Origin: Planctomycetota bacterium
GTDB lineage: Bacteria > Planctomycetota > GCA-002687715 > CAIWVZ01
Direction of reading: 5' to 3'
Length of the DNA: 64,000 nt
Assembly: GCA_044222185.1 (NCBI GenBank)
Contig: JBGANV010000001.1
Span: 416,001-480,000, forward strand
In this document: in pieces, positions 28,519-38,638 of the stretch
How the letters are laid out: every line of letters starts with the position of its first letter
Numbering within the stretch: position 1 is the stretch's first letter
Made by a program: the position numbers and the translations under genes
Notes under the pieces: model-generated
The model's database searches: none
Told to the model about the DNA's origin: nothing
What the model saw: the letters and a program-made list of their open reading frames with translations, nothing else

Positions 28519-31500
28519 GTGACGGACTCCGGCGAAAACTCGACGAAAACACGGCCCTCCGGCATTCTCGCGTCCGGAGTTCGCGTGGCCAGCCTGCCCC
28601 CGAGGATCCTTGCATGCGTGGCCGCATTGGCCTGCTTCGTCGTCGTGTTCTTCTACGAGCGGTCGGCCCGCGAGGCATTCGCAGTCCCGAAGAAGGCATG
28701 GGGCGCCGCCCTGATATGCGGACTGGCCTGTGTGTCATGGATTTCGCGGAGAGGGTGCCGGGCGATCCCGCTCGTTCCCGCCCTGGCGCTCCTTGCACTC
28801 TCTGCCGTCGGGGTCGCGACGGCGGCCATGGCTACATCACCGGCGGTTGCGATTGAGGGAATTAGAGATTTGGTCCTGCTCGCGATTCCCGCGTGGGTCG
28901 TTGGCGCGGTTGTGCTGAGGTCGGCCAGGCGGGTCGGGATCGTGCTCGAGGCCTGCGGCTGGGCGGCCTGCGGTGTGGCACTGATTGGGCTCGTCCAACA
29001 GCAACAACTCGATTGGTGGGGGTATGTGCCGTGGCCGCCGCGCGCACCCGGCGCCGCGGCGCCCGGTGCCGCCGGTCCCCCGACGCCCGACGTCCTCGGC
29101 TGGGGACCGGTGTCCGCCGTCATCCGCGCCGTCTACGACGCGCTGGCCTCGCTCGCGCGCGCGGACCTTTCCTACGAGACGTTCGGACCCCTGGCCCCGG
29201 TCGCGCGGTGGCTTCACCGGGAATGCCTGCTGGGCCGTTGGTTCTCCCGACTCCCGACCCGCGACGGGTTCGCATCCGTCTTCGGGCACCCGAATGTTGC
29301 CGCGGAGGTGGTCGCGGCGGGCGCTGCCGCCCACCTGACGCGCCTGTGGGGTGGGATCGCGGCGACCCGGTCTACGCCGGCCGCGTTGGTGTTGGGCATC
29401 CTCGGCGCGACCAGCCGGCTGGTCGCGCTGCTCATCTGCGCGGCGTACGTCCTCGTGACCGGGAGCCGCGGCGCGTGGGTCGCCCTCGTGGTCGTCGGAG
29501 CCCTCCTCGCGGCCGCCTACGTGTTTGGGGTCGACTCGATCGGTCGGCGTCGGCGCCTGGTCGTCGCGTTGGCCGGGCTCCTCGCACTTGCCGCGGCGGG
29601 GGCGGCGATGGCGCGCGTCGAGATGATCGGTGGCCGGGGAGGCGGGGCCCGTGAGTCCATCGCCGATCGCGTCGAGCAGCTCATTCACCGGCCTGACCCG
29701 GCACGGGATACGGTGCGAGAACGCCTGACGCTGTGGGCCAATACGCGCGCGTGGCTCCAGCAGGTTTCGGAGCGCAGCCCGCTCGATGCGTTTCTCGGAG
29801 TCGGCCCCGGGAACTGGGTCGTCATCTACCCGTCGGTCTCCAGGAAGGCGGCGGTTCACGTTCCCGGCACGTACACGCTCGAGCGCTACCCGGACCACCC
29901 ACACCAGGACCCCCTGGAATTCGTGACCGAATACGGCCTCGTCGGAGCGTTGCTGCTGTCGCTCGCGATCGGGACGACCTGGGCGCGATGCCGCGCGAGG
30001 CTTCGGGCGACCACGACGCGATTCGCGTCGATCGGGATCCTCGTCGTGCTCACGGCCGTCTCCGTCACCTCGCTGTTCTCGTTTCCGCTCCACGGGGCCG
30101 TGCCCGTCCTCTGGATGTTCATGCTTCTCGGCGCCGGTGCCGCGACGTGGACGACGAACGACGGTGCGCCTGCTGGGGAACCGAGCGGCCGGGGAGCGGT
30201 CGTTGCGCTGACCTGCACGGTATTCGCTGGATTCGTCATGGTGGCGACGGGGTCGGTCCTGGCCACGTCATCCGTCATCGCCATGGGGGTCGGTTGCGCG
30301 ATCGCGTCCCATGCGTGGCGATCGGGTCGCCGCACGCTTGCGTGGAGCGTGGCATTGACGACCGTGGCGCTCGGAGCTGCATACGCCGCAGTGGGCGCCG
30401 AGACGCGATTCGAGTGTCTTGCGCTCGCCGTCGGCGTGGCGGGCGCCGTCGTGTCCGCGACGACGGCCGGGTTCCGCGACCTGGAGGCTGGGCCCGGTGT
30501 CCGGCGACTTGGCGCAATCGCCCTGGCGGGACTCACGTGCGTGGCCCTCGCTGGCGGAAACTCCAGGATCGACCAGAGCGTCGACCGCGCAATCGGATCC
30601 GACATGAAGTGGGCGGCCCAGGTGAGCCCCGCCGATCGAGACAACTCACTGCTCGTGTCGCGCAACGTCCTCGACACGGCGTCCGTGCTGACGCCGGCGG
30701 ACTTCATCGCGGAGCTCGAGCGCGGAGCCGTTCTATTCGCCGCGCAGGATCTCGTGGCTGCCGAGGCCTCGCTCTCGCGCTGCCTTGCGCTTCACCCCCA
30801 TCTGGCGAACGCCTACGTCGCGCGCGCCAACCTCATGTACGTCCGCGGTCGCTCCGACGAGGCATTCGCCGCGGCCCGGACCGCGCGTCAACTCAATCCG
30901 GACGCCTATCAAGCCCGCTCGATCTGGGGACTCCTCATGGCAGGTCGCGGCAGTCGCGAACTGGCGGCCGGAGAATTCGAGAAGGCCATCGAACTCGCGC
31001 CTGGCAACGTGCTGCCCGACGCACGGATCGCCCTGGCGCAGATCTATCTCGACGACAACCGGGAGTCGGCGCGCGCACTCGCGCACCTCGAGCGCGCGGC
31101 CAAGGAGACTGCTGCAAACCCGATCCTCCTGCGCCTCGTTGCGGGGCTCTATCAGCATCCGAGTCTGCCGCCCGAATTTCATGCGCGTGGCGCCAGACTG
31201 TGGCACGACGCACTCGTCCTCGATCCGACCGACGTGGAGGCGCGGTTCCGGATTGCGATCGAGCCGTTGCGCGGCATCGGCGATCCACCTTCGGACGAAG
31301 CATTGAAGGTGCTGCTGAAGGCTCTCGAGGACCTTCTGCCCGCGACGCCCTCACGCCTTCAGACGCAAGTGCGGTTCTATCGCGCGTTGTGCCTGGACCG
31401 GCTCGGACGGACGTCCGAGGCGGAGAAGGGATATCGGGACGTCATCGTCATCGGTGGAGCCATCCGACCGCACTCGGCCGACGACGAGGCGTGTCTTCAT

Positions 31501-31590
31501 GCGGCCGTGAACGCCATCCAGGCCATGCGGGCCAGCGGGCGTCAGGCGCAGAGTCCGGATTCCCGTGCCACATCGGGCCCCGCCAAGTGA
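28519..31590 (+). CDS. O-antigen ligase / O-oligosaccharyltransferase-like (Wzy_C) membrane protein with C-terminal TPR repeats
   Basis: FAVPK, SVFGHPN, TGSRGAW, ERLTLW, GVGPGNW, DHPHQDPLEFVTEYGLVG, LFSFPLH, many TM helices, then TPRs. Confidence 0.85.
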   Translation: MTDSGENSTKTRPSGILASGVRVASLPPRILACVAALACFVVVFFYERSAREAFAVPKKAWGAALICGLACVSWISRRGCRAIPLVPALALLALSAVGVATAAMATSPAVAIEGIRDLVLLAIPAWVVGAVVLRSARRVGIVLEACGWAACGVALIGLVQQQQLDWWGYVPWPPRAPGAAAPGAAGPPTPDVLGWGPVSAVIRAVYDALASLARADLSYETFGPLAPVARWLHRECLLGRWFSRLPTRDGFASVFGHPNVAAEVVAAGAAAHLTRLWGGIAATRSTPAALVLGILGATSRLVALLICAAYVLVTGSRGAWVALVVVGALLAAAYVFGVDSIGRRRRLVVALAGLLALAAAGAAMARVEMIGGRGGGARESIADRVEQLIHRPDPARDTVRERLTLWANTRAWLQQVSERSPLDAFLGVGPGNWVVIYPSVSRKAAVHVPGTYTLERYPDHPHQDPLEFVTEYGLVGALLLSLAIGTTWARCRARLRATTTRFASIGILVVLTAVSVTSLFSFPLHGAVPVLWMFMLLGAGAATWTTNDGAPAGEPSGRGAVVALTCTVFAGFVMVATGSVLATSSVIAMGVGCAIASHAWRSGRRTLAWSVALTTVALGAAYAAVGAETRFECLALAVGVAGAVVSATTAGFRDLEAGPGVRRLGAIALAGLTCVALAGGNSRIDQSVDRAIGSDMKWAAQVSPADRDNSLLVSRNVLDTASVLTPADFIAELERGAVLFAAQDLVAAEASLSRCLALHPHLANAYVARANLMYVRGRSDEAFAAARTARQLNPDAYQARSIWGLLMAGRGSRELAAGEFEKAIELAPGNVLPDARIALAQIYLDDNRESARALAHLERAAKETAANPILLRLVAGLYQHPSLPPEFHARGARLWHDALVLDPTDVEARFRIAIEPLRGIGDPPSDEALKVLLKALEDLLPATPSRLQTQVRFYRALCLDRLGRTSEAEKGYRDVIVIGGAIRPHSADDEACLHAAVNAIQAMRASGRQAQSPDSRATSGPAK

Positions 31591-32018
31591 GGTGCCACGC
31601 GGTCATCGCCGTTCTCGGACTCGCCATCGCGTCAGGGCACGCGGTGACGGCCCAGGGCGAGTCTGCGACCCCGGCGCCGTCCCGGCCTCAAACGCGCCGT
31701 CTCGTCGACACGGAGCCGAAGATCCTCATCCGCGAGCACGGGTTCACGACGGAGCCGGCATCCCCGGAGACGGATTCTCGGCCCGGATCGGACCCGGAGG
31801 CGATCGACCCGGCCGAGGTGGATCGGGCGCGCAACCCCGATGTTCGAACCTCCGCCGACGCGGTCGAGCTGACGAATGCCGGACGCAGGAAGTTCGACTC
31901 CGTGAAGATCTCGAATCCGGAGCATCGCAGGCTCGGCTCGATCGTCGCGGTGGTCGGCGCCACCGTGGTGATCTTCGTCGGCATCCTGGTGATGTACTCA
32001 CGCCGTCGACGGGAATAG
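31587..32018 (+). CDS. Small exported protein with C-terminal TM helix and poly-Arg tail
   Basis: GTG start overlaps the previous stop (GTGA); signal peptide ...AVTA/Q; Pro/Ser/Glu-rich body; IVAVVGATVVIFVGILVMY-SRRRRE. Confidence 0.75.
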   Translation: MRCHAVIAVLGLAIASGHAVTAQGESATPAPSRPQTRRLVDTEPKILIREHGFTTEPASPETDSRPGSDPEAIDPAEVDRARNPDVRTSADAVELTNAGRRKFDSVKISNPEHRRLGSIVAVVGATVVIFVGILVMYSRRRRE

Positions 32019-32091
32019 GGGACGCCGCCTACAATCCCCGTCCCGCGCGCGGTCCGAATTCGGTCGGGTCCCGCGGAGTGGAGTGTCCGGC

Positions 32092-34677
32092 ATGCGATTG
32101 TCCGCCGTTCTGCTCGTGTTCGTGAGCTCCTTCGCCGTCTCGTTCGCGCAGGAGTCGCGCCCGGCCTCTCGACCATCGATCCCGTCGCCCGAGGCATTCC
32201 TCGCCCGCCGATTGGGCGACGTGTACACGCGGCACGCCGACATCGCGGCTTACGCGCACCTCGTCGCCGAGCGCTCCGATCGCGTGAGTCTCGAGAGCTA
32301 CGGCCGCACCAACGAGGGACGAGAGCTGCTGCTCCTCGCCGTGACGTCGCCTGAGAACCACCGTCGCATGGCGACGATCCGTGCCGGTCTCGGGAAGCTC
32401 GCTGACCCGCGAAAGATGTCGACCAGCGAGGATGCCAGGCAGGTGGCGGCCGATCTCCCCGTCGTCGTGTGGTTGTCCTACAACGTGCACGGCAACGAAG
32501 CGTCGTCGTCAGAGACGTCGCTCGTCGTGCTGCACCGTCTTGCGACCGCGACGGATCCCGAGACGACCCGATGGTTGTCGCAGGCCGTGATCGTGATCGA
32601 CCCGTGCCTGAACCCTGACGGCCGCGACCGATACGTGAACTGGTTCAACAGCGTGGTCGGGAGGCGGCCCGACGCGGACCCGGATGCTCGTGAGCACAAA
32701 GAGCCATGGCCCGGCGGGCGAACGAACCATTACCAGTTCGACCTGAACCGCGACTGGGCGTTCGCCACGCAGGTGGAGACGCGATCACGCCTCCCGCACG
32801 TCGTCGCGTGGACGCCGCAGGTGCACGTCGACTTTCACGAGATGTCCGCCGAATCCACGTACTTCTTCTTCCCGGCGGAGAAGCCGATCAACGCCAACTT
32901 CCCGCCGAACACCCTGAAGTGGGGCAAGCTCTTCGGTCAGGGGAATGCCGCCGCATTCGACAAGCAGGGCCTGCCGTACTACACCTCGGAAGACTTCGAC
33001 CTCTTCTACCCGGGTTATGGGGACTCGTGGCCTTCGTTGACCGGTGCGATCGGCATGACCTACGAGATGGCCGGGCACTCGACCTCCGGAGCGGCTTACG
33101 TGCGGCGCGACGGCCAGATCCTCACGCTCGACGACCGCCTCCGCCGCCACGAGCTCGCCACCTACGGAACCATCGAAACGGCCGTGTCGAGGCGGCAGGA
33201 ATTGCTGCTCGACTACCATGCGTTCCGCAGGTCTGCGATCGAGGAAGGGCAGGGCGGCGCCGTTCGCGCGTTCGTCCTCTCGACGGCCGAGGACCCGACG
33301 CGGGCCGACGAGCTCGTCCGAAATCTGCGTCTGCAGGGAATCGAAGTCGCGAGGACGAAGGCTGGCTTCACGGTCGCGCGCACGCGCGACATTCACGGGC
33401 AGGCCGTCGTGGATCGCACGTTCGATGCGGGCACCTACGTCGTTCCGATGAACCAGCCCCTGAAGCGCCTGGCCAAGACCCTGCTCGAGCCTCGCACCGA
33501 GATCCACGAGTTGTATTTCTACGACGTGTCGGCTTGGAGCCTTCCGCTGATCTATGGCGTACCGTGCTACGAACTCGATCAGCCGCCAGAGGTCGAGCTC
33601 GAGGGCGTGGACGCCGTCGCCCGTCGACCGGGTTCCGTCGATCAGGCTGAGGCCACGGTCGGTTGGTTGATGGACGGCACGGCCAGCGCGTCCATGTTCG
33701 GCCTGGCGGATCTGCTACGCGCCGGCGTGCGCGTGCGCGCCGCCCGCAAGCCGTTCACTCACGGCGGCATCAAGTACGCGCGCGGGGGATTCCTCGTGAG
33801 GCGCAGCGACAATGGCCCCGACGTCGCCAGCACGATCGCCGGCGTCGCGGATCGGACCGGCGCCCGGTTCAAGGCCGTGAACTCCGGGTTGTCGACGGTG
33901 GGCGTCGATCTGGGGTCCGAGTCGTTCGGGCTCGTCTCACCGCCGCGGATCCTGCTCGGCGCGGGTCGTGGCATCGACTCGACGAGCTTCGGCGCTGCGC
34001 GCTACGTTCTCGACGTCGCCTACGATCTGCCGCACGGCGTCGTCGACCTCGACGATCTCGAGCGGATCGATCTGCGGCGGGCGACGGCGCTGGTGCTCCC
34101 CGACGGCCGCGCTCCCCGCAGCAAGGCTGCGCTCGAGGCCATGCGTCAATTTCTTCGTGATGGCGGTGTCGTCGTGGCGATCGGCGCCGCGGCGTTCGAG
34201 CTGGCCTCCGGTGAGAAGGAAGCCTTCTCCTCGGTGAGAAGCGGCGAGCCCAAGCGCGACGACTCCAAGCCGGAGACGACGACCCGGAAGGTGCGGTTCA
34301 TCGACGAGGAGGAAGCGGAGGCGCGCAAGCGACAGGCTCCGGGTTCCATCTTCACCGTCGAGCTCGACCCCGGCCACCCCCTCGCATTCGGGTATCGAAG
34401 CGACGTCACCGCGTTCAAATCCGGGCTCACGACCTTCGATCCCGAGGGGCCTGGCCGACACGTCGGGCTGTTCAAGGACGCGGCGCCGATCTCGGGCTAC
34501 GTCAACGACGCGGATGCGAAGGCCCTGCAGGGCCGGAGCTACGTGACGGTGGATTCGGTCGGGGAGGGATCGCTGGTCCTGTTTGCCGACGATCCGAACT
34601 TCCGCGGAGCGTGGCACGCGCTGTCGCGCCTGTTCCTGAACGCGTGCCTCTTGCTGCCGAACCGGCCCGTGCGATGA
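32092..34677 (+). CDS. Exported M14-family zinc carboxypeptidase
   Basis: Signal peptide; HGNE zinc motif, NPDG, RTNH..FDLNRD, DFHEM, TYEMAG; C-terminal GATase-like domain. Confidence 0.92.
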   Translation: MRLSAVLLVFVSSFAVSFAQESRPASRPSIPSPEAFLARRLGDVYTRHADIAAYAHLVAERSDRVSLESYGRTNEGRELLLLAVTSPENHRRMATIRAGLGKLADPRKMSTSEDARQVAADLPVVVWLSYNVHGNEASSSETSLVVLHRLATATDPETTRWLSQAVIVIDPCLNPDGRDRYVNWFNSVVGRRPDADPDAREHKEPWPGGRTNHYQFDLNRDWAFATQVETRSRLPHVVAWTPQVHVDFHEMSAESTYFFFPAEKPINANFPPNTLKWGKLFGQGNAAAFDKQGLPYYTSEDFDLFYPGYGDSWPSLTGAIGMTYEMAGHSTSGAAYVRRDGQILTLDDRLRRHELATYGTIETAVSRRQELLLDYHAFRRSAIEEGQGGAVRAFVLSTAEDPTRADELVRNLRLQGIEVARTKAGFTVARTRDIHGQAVVDRTFDAGTYVVPMNQPLKRLAKTLLEPRTEIHELYFYDVSAWSLPLIYGVPCYELDQPPEVELEGVDAVARRPGSVDQAEATVGWLMDGTASASMFGLADLLRAGVRVRAARKPFTHGGIKYARGGFLVRRSDNGPDVASTIAGVADRTGARFKAVNSGLSTVGVDLGSESFGLVSPPRILLGAGRGIDSTSFGAARYVLDVAYDLPHGVVDLDDLERIDLRRATALVLPDGRAPRSKAALEAMRQFLRDGGVVVAIGAAAFELASGEKEAFSSVRSGEPKRDDSKPETTTRKVRFIDEEEAEARKRQAPGSIFTVELDPGHPLAFGYRSDVTAFKSGLTTFDPEGPGRHVGLFKDAAPISGYVNDADAKALQGRSYVTVDSVGEGSLVLFADDPNFRGAWHALSRLFLNACLLLPNRPVR

Positions 34678-34708
34678 GATCGCACCGGCGGGGCGGACCG
34701 CCGGTCGA

Positions 34709-36220
34709 TCAGTATTTCTTCCGCACGAAGGCGCGCCACTCCTCGTCGAGCTTGTTGAAGGTCCATCCATCGATGGCCTTCCCGAGGGCCTCTTCCTGGC
34801 TCGCCGTGTTCATGTTCTCGAGCCAGTTGACGAACTCGGCCTTCCGGTTCGTCATGAGCCAGTCGACGATGGCCCACCCCTCGGCCAGGTTGTCGCCCGT
34901 GAGGCTGTTCAGGTCGAGCTTGGAGAGCTCGTCCATGGAGGCGAGCGAGCCCTCTTTCATCATGCCCTTGCAGCGGTCCTTCGCGTCCTTGGTGGAGAAG
35001 CGGCGCTTGTCCGCCTTGCCGCCTTCGCCGCCGTACTGCGCTTTCGTCGAGCAGGCGATGTGACCCTGACCCAGACGAGCGTGCTCGAGGTAGTTGCCCC
35101 AGGCCTCGGACAGCCACGACGGCGTTCCCTTCAGCCCGCGCGAGAAGTGACGGATCGTGAAGTGGCCAGTGAAGTGCGCGAGGCGGTTGCGGACGTCGTC
35201 GTCGCCCTCGGTGACCATGCACCCGAGGAGGTCGGCGCTGAAGTTCGTGCCGTCCGTCAACCACTTGAAGTTGTCGTCGTCGATTCCGTAGCGGTTGCGC
35301 CAGTGCTTCAGCCACTCGTTCTTGACGGCCTTGTCCTTGAACGACCAGATCTCGGCGGGCTTGGGCCAAAGCGGGAAATCGTCCGGCTTCCCCATCTCCT
35401 TCAGGAAGTAGGAGTAGGTCTCTTCGCAGAACTTGCCGTACTCCTCGATCTTGGAGGGTGGGAACTGCATCATCGCCAGGCGGAAATGCTGCGTGCGGTG
35501 GATCCACACTTCCTCGCCGACGAGCTGTTTGAACTTGGCCATGTCCTCCTGGTCTTCAGGAGACGCGGCCTTGGTCCATTTGCCCTTCAGGTAGACGTAG
35601 CCCTTCTCCTTCATCACCTCTTCGGTGCTGCGCCAGCGGCCGTCGTCGTCCTTCGTGAACTTGGTCCGGTCCTTCTCGAAGAGCGCCTTGTCTTCCTTCG
35701 CGATCCAGCCGTCGGAGACCCGCACGAAGCCCTTGGCCTTCATCTCGGCCTCGCGCTCCGCCTTTCGCGCCGTGTCCGCCTCGGTCTTCGACTTGTACCA
35801 GCGATCGCCGACCTTCGTGTGGCCCAGGAGCTGGTTCGCCGTGTCGTTCTTTGGATCGGCCTTCAGCGCCTCGCGGGCGAGCGGTTGCCAGGCGCGGATC
35901 TTCTGCTCCTTCGCCCATTCGGCGACCTTGGCCAGCGCCTCGGCGTCGCTGCGATCGAGGCCAGAGAGCTTGGCGTCGAGTTCGGCATTGCCGGTGCGCT
36001 TCGTCTCCTCTTGCGATTCGACGTCCGCGAGCGCGTACTTGACGGTCTTGCCGTCCAGCGTCTCGATCTTGATCGAGGTCGCGGACTCCTCGACGACGAA
36101 TCCCTCGACCGTCGTGCCGCTCTTCAGCTTCACGACCGTGAGCTGCGCTGACGCGATGGTGCTCCCGAGGGCGAGCATGAGAACGACGACGAACGGGGTG
36201 AACAGCCTGCGGTCGGTCAT
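34709..36220 (-). CDS. Exported protein with DUF1570/peptidase MA-like domain (HExxH degenerate)
   Basis: Signal peptide; N-terminal LKSGTTVEG module; Lys/Glu-rich repeats; AHFTGH...PSWLSEAWGNYLE...EGWAIVDWL. GGAG upstream. Confidence 0.8.
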   Translation of the reverse strand: MTDRRLFTPFVVVLMLALGSTIASAQLTVVKLKSGTTVEGFVVEESATSIKIETLDGKTVKYALADVESQEETKRTGNAELDAKLSGLDRSDAEALAKVAEWAKEQKIRAWQPLAREALKADPKNDTANQLLGHTKVGDRWYKSKTEADTARKAEREAEMKAKGFVRVSDGWIAKEDKALFEKDRTKFTKDDDGRWRSTEEVMKEKGYVYLKGKWTKAASPEDQEDMAKFKQLVGEEVWIHRTQHFRLAMMQFPPSKIEEYGKFCEETYSYFLKEMGKPDDFPLWPKPAEIWSFKDKAVKNEWLKHWRNRYGIDDDNFKWLTDGTNFSADLLGCMVTEGDDDVRNRLAHFTGHFTIRHFSRGLKGTPSWLSEAWGNYLEHARLGQGHIACSTKAQYGGEGGKADKRRFSTKDAKDRCKGMMKEGSLASMDELSKLDLNSLTGDNLAEGWAIVDWLMTNRKAEFVNWLENMNTASQEEALGKAIDGWTFNKLDEEWRAFVRKKY

Positions 36221-36309
36221 GGGCGAGTGTCTCCGGTAAACAACCGGCTGAACGCGAAGCAACGAGTGATCGACGGGCACGACATGCAAGGCGGACGCCA
36301 ATCGGCGCC

Positions 36310-36338
36310 ATTGTGCCCGGCGACTCGCCAACCGCCAA
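36310..36338 (-). promoter_or_regulatory. Putative sigma70-type promoter for 34709-36220
   Basis: Minus strand TTGGCG-17 nt-CACAAT. Confidence 0.4.
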
Positions 36339-36422
36339 TAGCTGAGCGGGCGGATGTGGCGCCTGACACTCAGTTTGGGTCAGGTGCGGCGACGTAGGGC
36401 GGGGGAGCGAACGAGCTTCCAG

Positions 36423-36485
36423 CGGTGTCCAACGGCGGCCGAACCGTCCCCCCGAGAGGACATTCGACAGCCGCCCTGGACCCCG
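36423..36485 (-). terminator. Long irregular hairpin just after the prs stop codon
   Basis: Stacked stems GUCCAG/UUGGAC and GGCGGCUG/CGGCCGCC plus an apical GUCC/GGAC stem; no U tract. Confidence 0.45.
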
Positions 36486-36497
36486 AGCCGCCGATCC

Positions 36498-37532
36498 TCA
36501 CTTCAAAAGCGCGCTGACGGACCGCTTGCGGTTGATGTTGAACAGCACGTGGCCGAACAGGTCGGCGACGCTCACCTCGTGGTACCAGGGGTGGGCTTTG
36601 AAGAAGCTCTCGCCGTGCATCACGGCGTCCGTGCCGATGAGCATCTCGAAGAGCCCTTCCTTCTGAGCCTTGTCGAGCTTCTCGGCCGCGTTCCCGTTCA
36701 GGAAGGGGATCGAGCAGGCGAGGTAGATCTCGGCGGCACCGTGTTCCTTCAAGAGGCGGCACGCGTTGATCAGCGTCCCACCGGTGGCGATGAGGTCGTC
36801 GGGCATGAGGATCCGGCGACCCTCCACGTTGCCGACGAGCCGCATGCTCTCGACGACGGACGCCTTCGAGTAGTCGCGCGCCTTGTCGACGACCGCCAGC
36901 GGGCATTGGAACTGGTTCGAGTAATACCGCGCCATGTCGGCGCCCCCGGTGTCGGGCGCCACGACGCAGAGGTTCTCGATCGAGAAGCGGTCGCGGAAGT
37001 AGTGGATGATCTCCTTCGACGCGTGGAGGTCTTCGAGGATCGCCCGCTGGAAGAAGCCCTCGATGGCTTCCGCGTGGATGTCGAGCGTGATGACCCGGTT
37101 GGCACCCGAGCTCTCCAAGAGGTTGGCGATCAGCCGGGCCGTGATCGGCTCGCGTCCCTTCTTGCGCTCCTGGCGTGAATAGGGGAATTGCGGGATCACT
37201 GCCGTGATGCAGTCCGGGTCTGACTGGTAGACCGCGTTGATGGCCGTGATGAGCGCCATCAGGTTGTCGTTCACCGTCTTGTCCGACTGCGGGTCGTCGA
37301 TGCATTGGAAGACGTACACGTCATCGCCGCGGATGTTCTCCTCGATGACGGTCTTCACCTCTCCATTCGCGAACCAGATCTCCTGGCTCTCGCGGACGAC
37401 GGGCTCGACCCGGCCGTCCTCGGAACGGATGAGGTTCACGATGCTGCGCTCGACACGGCTGGCGAACGCTCGCCCCGAGTTGCAGGCGACGATGCTGAGT
37501 CGACCACGATGTGCGTTGATCTGTTGCGACAC
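36498..37532 (-). CDS. prs: Ribose-phosphate pyrophosphokinase
   Basis: FANGEVK, IRGDDVY, PYSRQERK, TLDIHA, APDTGG, DDLIATGGT. GTG start at 37532 is inferred. Confidence 0.95.
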   Translation of the reverse strand: MSQQINAHRGRLSIVACNSGRAFASRVERSIVNLIRSEDGRVEPVVRESQEIWFANGEVKTVIEENIRGDDVYVFQCIDDPQSDKTVNDNLMALITAINAVYQSDPDCITAVIPQFPYSRQERKKGREPITARLIANLLESSGANRVITLDIHAEAIEGFFQRAILEDLHASKEIIHYFRDRFSIENLCVVAPDTGGADMARYYSNQFQCPLAVVDKARDYSKASVVESMRLVGNVEGRRILMPDDLIATGGTLINACRLLKEHGAAEIYLACSIPFLNGNAAEKLDKAQKEGLFEMLIGTDAVMHGESFFKAHPWYHEVSVADLFGHVLFNINRKRSVSALLK

Positions 37533-37720
37533 GGCGAACCTCGACTCTGGGGTGGCGAGAGAGATCGGTGAAGGGGGCGGAACCTCAGCCGTGACCCGAC
37601 GACACGAGGAACGCGCCTGGCAGCGCGGGCGGATATTAGGGCTGGTCAAGGCCACCATCAAGAAACGAGCATGACGCGGCGAGTCGCCCGGTGCCGGAGG
37701 TCGGTTAGCATCCGCGCCTC

Positions 37721-38593
37721 ATGTGGCCGGTCGTCGCCAAGATCCCCCTGCCGTTCAAGGATGGCAGCCTCACGCTTTCGGCGTTCGGCCTCATGGTCGT
37801 CCTGGCGTTTCTCGCGGGCTCGTTCGTCATGAAGCGGCTCGCGCGACGCGAGGGGATCCTCGATGAGCGCAAGCTCGAGAACCTGTTCTTGTGGATCCTC
37901 GCGGCGATCGTCGTGGGCGCACGTGCGCTCTACGTCCTGACGAACCTGCATGAGTTCCAGGGGCGGTGGATCGACGTCATCCGGATCGACAAGGGCGGGA
38001 TGACGATGTACGGGGCGCTGCTGCTCGGTGCGTCGGTCGCGTGGCTCCAGATCCGCCGGTACGGCTTGCCGACCTGGCCGCTTCTGGATGCGGGGGCCGT
38101 CGGCGCCGCACTCGGTCTCGGGATCGGTCGAATCGGGTGTCTCCTCGTCGGGGACGACTACGGCAAGGAGTGCTCGGCCGACTTTCCGCTGCGAATCAAG
38201 TTCTCGACGCGACAGTCCCCAGGCGAGTTCCTCGGGATCACGATCCCCGCGAACAACGGGAACCTCGCCGGCGATCACGCGGGGTTGTGGCTGCACCCAA
38301 CCCAGGTCTACATGTCGATCAACGGGTTCCTATTGGCCGTGGTCCTCTATTGGCTCTGGAAGCGGAAGACGTTCCACGGCCAGATTTTCGCAGCCTTCTT
38401 CTTCCTCAAGGCCGTGACGCGCTCCGTCATCGAGGTGTTCCGGGATGACTCGGACCGCGGGTGGGTCGGGCCGCTTTCCACGAGTCAGTTCATCGGGCTC
38501 GTGACGGCCGTTGGCGCCGTCGCCCTGTGGCTCGTACTCTCGCGCCGTCCCGACTGCCGGGCTGGGCTCCCGCGCGCGCCGTCGCCCGGTTGA
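37721..38593 (+). CDS. lgt: Prolipoprotein diacylglyceryl transferase
   Basis: GARALY, GGMTMYGA, GRIGCLLVGDDYG, HPTQVY, RSVIEVFR, STSQ. Confidence 0.93.
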   Translation: MWPVVAKIPLPFKDGSLTLSAFGLMVVLAFLAGSFVMKRLARREGILDERKLENLFLWILAAIVVGARALYVLTNLHEFQGRWIDVIRIDKGGMTMYGALLLGASVAWLQIRRYGLPTWPLLDAGAVGAALGLGIGRIGCLLVGDDYGKECSADFPLRIKFSTRQSPGEFLGITIPANNGNLAGDHAGLWLHPTQVYMSINGFLLAVVLYWLWKRKTFHGQIFAAFFFLKAVTRSVIEVFRDDSDRGWVGPLSTSQFIGLVTAVGAVALWLVLSRRPDCRAGLPRAPSPG

Positions 38594-38638
38594 CGCCCTC
38601 GCGCGCGCTCCCGTAAGCTGCGACCGAATGGGCGCGAG

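Noticed and set aside
29733-31586. 761-aa ORF overlapping the Wzy_C gene, suggesting a frameshift fusion
   Set aside because: Arg/Gly-rich off-frame text. Only 31587-32018 looks like a protein, and it has its own GTGA-coupled start.
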